This document shows positions 62,355 through 64,000 of a stretch of DNA of 64,000 nucleotides, piece after piece; the stretch's first letter is position 1, and each line of letters opens with the position of its first letter. The stretch is from Lophium mytilinum (Eukaryota), in the NCBI GenBank assembly GCA_010093605.1, contig MU004198.1, positions 932,726-996,725 on the forward strand, in the 5' to 3' direction. The translations under genes were made by a program, and so were the position numbers. Under the pieces are notes generated by a model. It did not search any database, had not been told where the DNA came from, and was given only the letters and a program-made list of their open reading frames with translations.

Positions 62355-63001
62355 TCAAACCCGATCATCTTTCTTGGTACTAGGCCACGGTTTTCCTCCA
62401 TCTTTCTCGGCATTAGGCCGCGGAGTTCCTCCATATTTCTCGGCATCAGGCCACGGCGTTCCTCCAGATGCATGACTAGCCCGCCCTCGTGCAACGCGGC
62501 GATACGCCTGGAGCGCTAGGTAACTCCCGAAAAAGACCCCAGCGACCAAACCAATCAATATCGACAACGTAAGTGCACTCACGAAGAGAGGCTGAAACCA
62601 CGCGGACCAAGAAGCGAAGACATATTCCTGGGATTCGTACATAACGAGTATGACATAGATGCAGAGTAGCGCAAATCCTGTGAGAAAGGCGCCGACATCG
62701 TGATGCTCTTCTATCAGCCGGCCGAATTGGTGCACGGCCACAACACCAAAAAATGCAGGCAAAGAAAAGCGAGGAAGAAGGTAATGAAGTAAGGAATGAC
62801 CGCTGCAAGGATAAACCAGCAGAGTTGGATGATGGCGCGGACACCCGAAAAGGCTTTCTCGATCGTGGAACCAATCAGGTTTTTGGAGGGCAGGTCGCTG
62901 GAAAGAGTCTGACTGGAAAGAGCAGGCTGATTAACAAGATCTGGAGGAGGCTGTAGAGCTGGAGGAGGCCGTAGAGCTGGAGGAGGCTGTGGCGGCGGCA
63001 T
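62355..63001 (-). pseudogene. Small multi-TM membrane protein gene with an apparent single-base frameshift near 62765
   Basis: ATG 63001 MPPPQPPPALR...FITFFLAF continues hydrophobically in another frame as LPAFFGVVAVHQFG... with no intron signals. C-terminal 33-bp repeats (PWPDAEKYGGT/PRPNAEKDGGK). Confidence 0.55.
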
Positions 63002-63147
63002 CTTATGTGGTAGAGACCTTGATAAATAAAATTGATGTTTGGTGATTGGTAATGCGGGGTCTGAGGAATATATGTAGACGAGATCTTCCCCGACCGTAAC
63101 CAGTTTCTCCTCCCGAGGCCGGCAACCCTGCTTCCTGCATGGTGCCG

Positions 63148-63522
63148 TCACTGCTTGGCCCTGCGAACCCAAGAAAACCCCTTTGCTATCGTTGAGGCTG
63201 TTGCGAAAAGTAGTCCTTCGGTCATCGTTATAACGAGGGAGCTATACAGGGAGCTTTTGATGAATGACATAGGCGAGAGAGGCTTATCGGTTTCCAGACA
63301 GACTATGGTGCCAATGAGTTGCAGAGAAAAGGCGAAAATAGCAGCTGCACCATGCGGAACTACTTGTCCGTCGTCTGCTAGCCCGAATTTCTTTGCGATA
63401 TTCTGCGTGCATTTGAAAGCGACATATGTAACGGGAGCGGCGCTGAAGATGAAAACAGTCAGGGTGATGGTTGCTGCGAGGGCTGTAAGAAACGTAGATT
63501 GGAGAAATTCGAGGGCACCCAT
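63148..63522 (-). CDS. Small 3-TM hypothetical membrane protein (124 aa)
   Basis: ATG 63522 and three hydrophobic helices. A clear paralog lies immediately upstream. Confidence 0.7.
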   Translation of the reverse strand: MGALEFLQSTFLTALAATITLTVFIFSAAPVTYVAFKCTQNIAKKFGLADDGQVVPHGAAAIFAFSLQLIGTIVCLETDKPLSPMSFIKSSLYSSLVITMTEGLLFATASTIAKGFSWVRRAKQ

Positions 63523-63716
63523 TCTGATTGAAGGCAGGGCAGGTATTCGATTATGTTGTGAGTTGCAGCACAAAATTCAAATGCTGGAGGTGAGATATAT
63601 ATTAGCGGGGTTAATGTTGCTCTAGCACAAAATCCAGCCCGTGCCGGTGAGCCTGTTCGAACATCGTTGTCTTTGCTATCCCTGCTCTCAACTACCTAAC
63701 TTCCTACACAGTGCCG

Positions 63717-64000
63717 TCACAGAATGCCCCGGTTGCGAGCCCAACCCAGCCCCTTCGCAATCCCCAAAACCGTAGCAGTAAGAATCCCTTCTGTTAAAGA
63801 TATCACCATGCCGCTCTGGAGTGAGCCTTTGACCCATCCCATAGCGAAGCCAGCCTTGTAGCCATCCGCGTAGCATAATGTAGTTATAAAGTGTACAACG
63901 ATGGCGGATATTCCTAATCCGATCCCACACGCTACTGCTGCGTCGTCTGCCTTCCGCTTATCTTCAGCCTTCGGTTCGGCGCTTGTTTTGAAGACACTTT
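63717..64000 (-). CDS. Paralog of the 63148-63522 membrane protein, 5' end outside the window
   Basis: Open frame from 63998 to TGA 63719-63717: ...MGWVKGSLQSGMVISLTEGILTATVLGIAKGLGWARNRGIL*. It aligns with MSFIKSSLYSSLVITMTEGLLFATASTIAKGFSWVRRAKQ*. Confidence 0.7.
   Translation of the reverse strand, partial: SVFKTSAEPKAEDKRKADDAAVACGIGLGISAIVVHFITTLCYADGYKAGFAMGWVKGSLQSGMVISLTEGILTATVLGIAKGLGWARNRGIL

Overview
Intron-containing genomic DNA of a filamentous ascomycete (Dothideomycete-like, by inference from the G-beta sequence and the RIP signature). The first ~27 kb is a dense block of conserved genes: WD40 protein, ADAL/MAPDA-type deaminase, G-protein beta next to phosducin, HEM3, a CofD/UPF0052-like protein, complex I 14-kDa subunit, a SHG1/BOD1 protein and a C2H2 transcription factor. 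After that comes an accessory-looking region of secreted and membrane proteins: alginate-lyase-domain, NYN+CCCH nuclease, CFEM+PIR, DUF7730-like and tandem small membrane paralogs. The AT-rich block at 42.6-57.8 kb is two RIP-mutated, equal-length (7256 bp) Ty3/Gypsy chromovirus copies in inverted orientation around a 691-bp spacer. Their 5-bp target-site duplications are swapped, and the spacer carries the flipped first exon of the HEXXH metalloprotease gene that lies to the left. This points to an inversion by recombination between the two elements. Each element also carries a degenerate antisense, intron-containing Zn(II)2Cys6-like gene. A hAT MITE (21-bp TIR, 8-bp TSD) and a Tc1/mariner 5' fragment lie near 61-62 kb. 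Exon boundaries were read by eye and no database searches were run.
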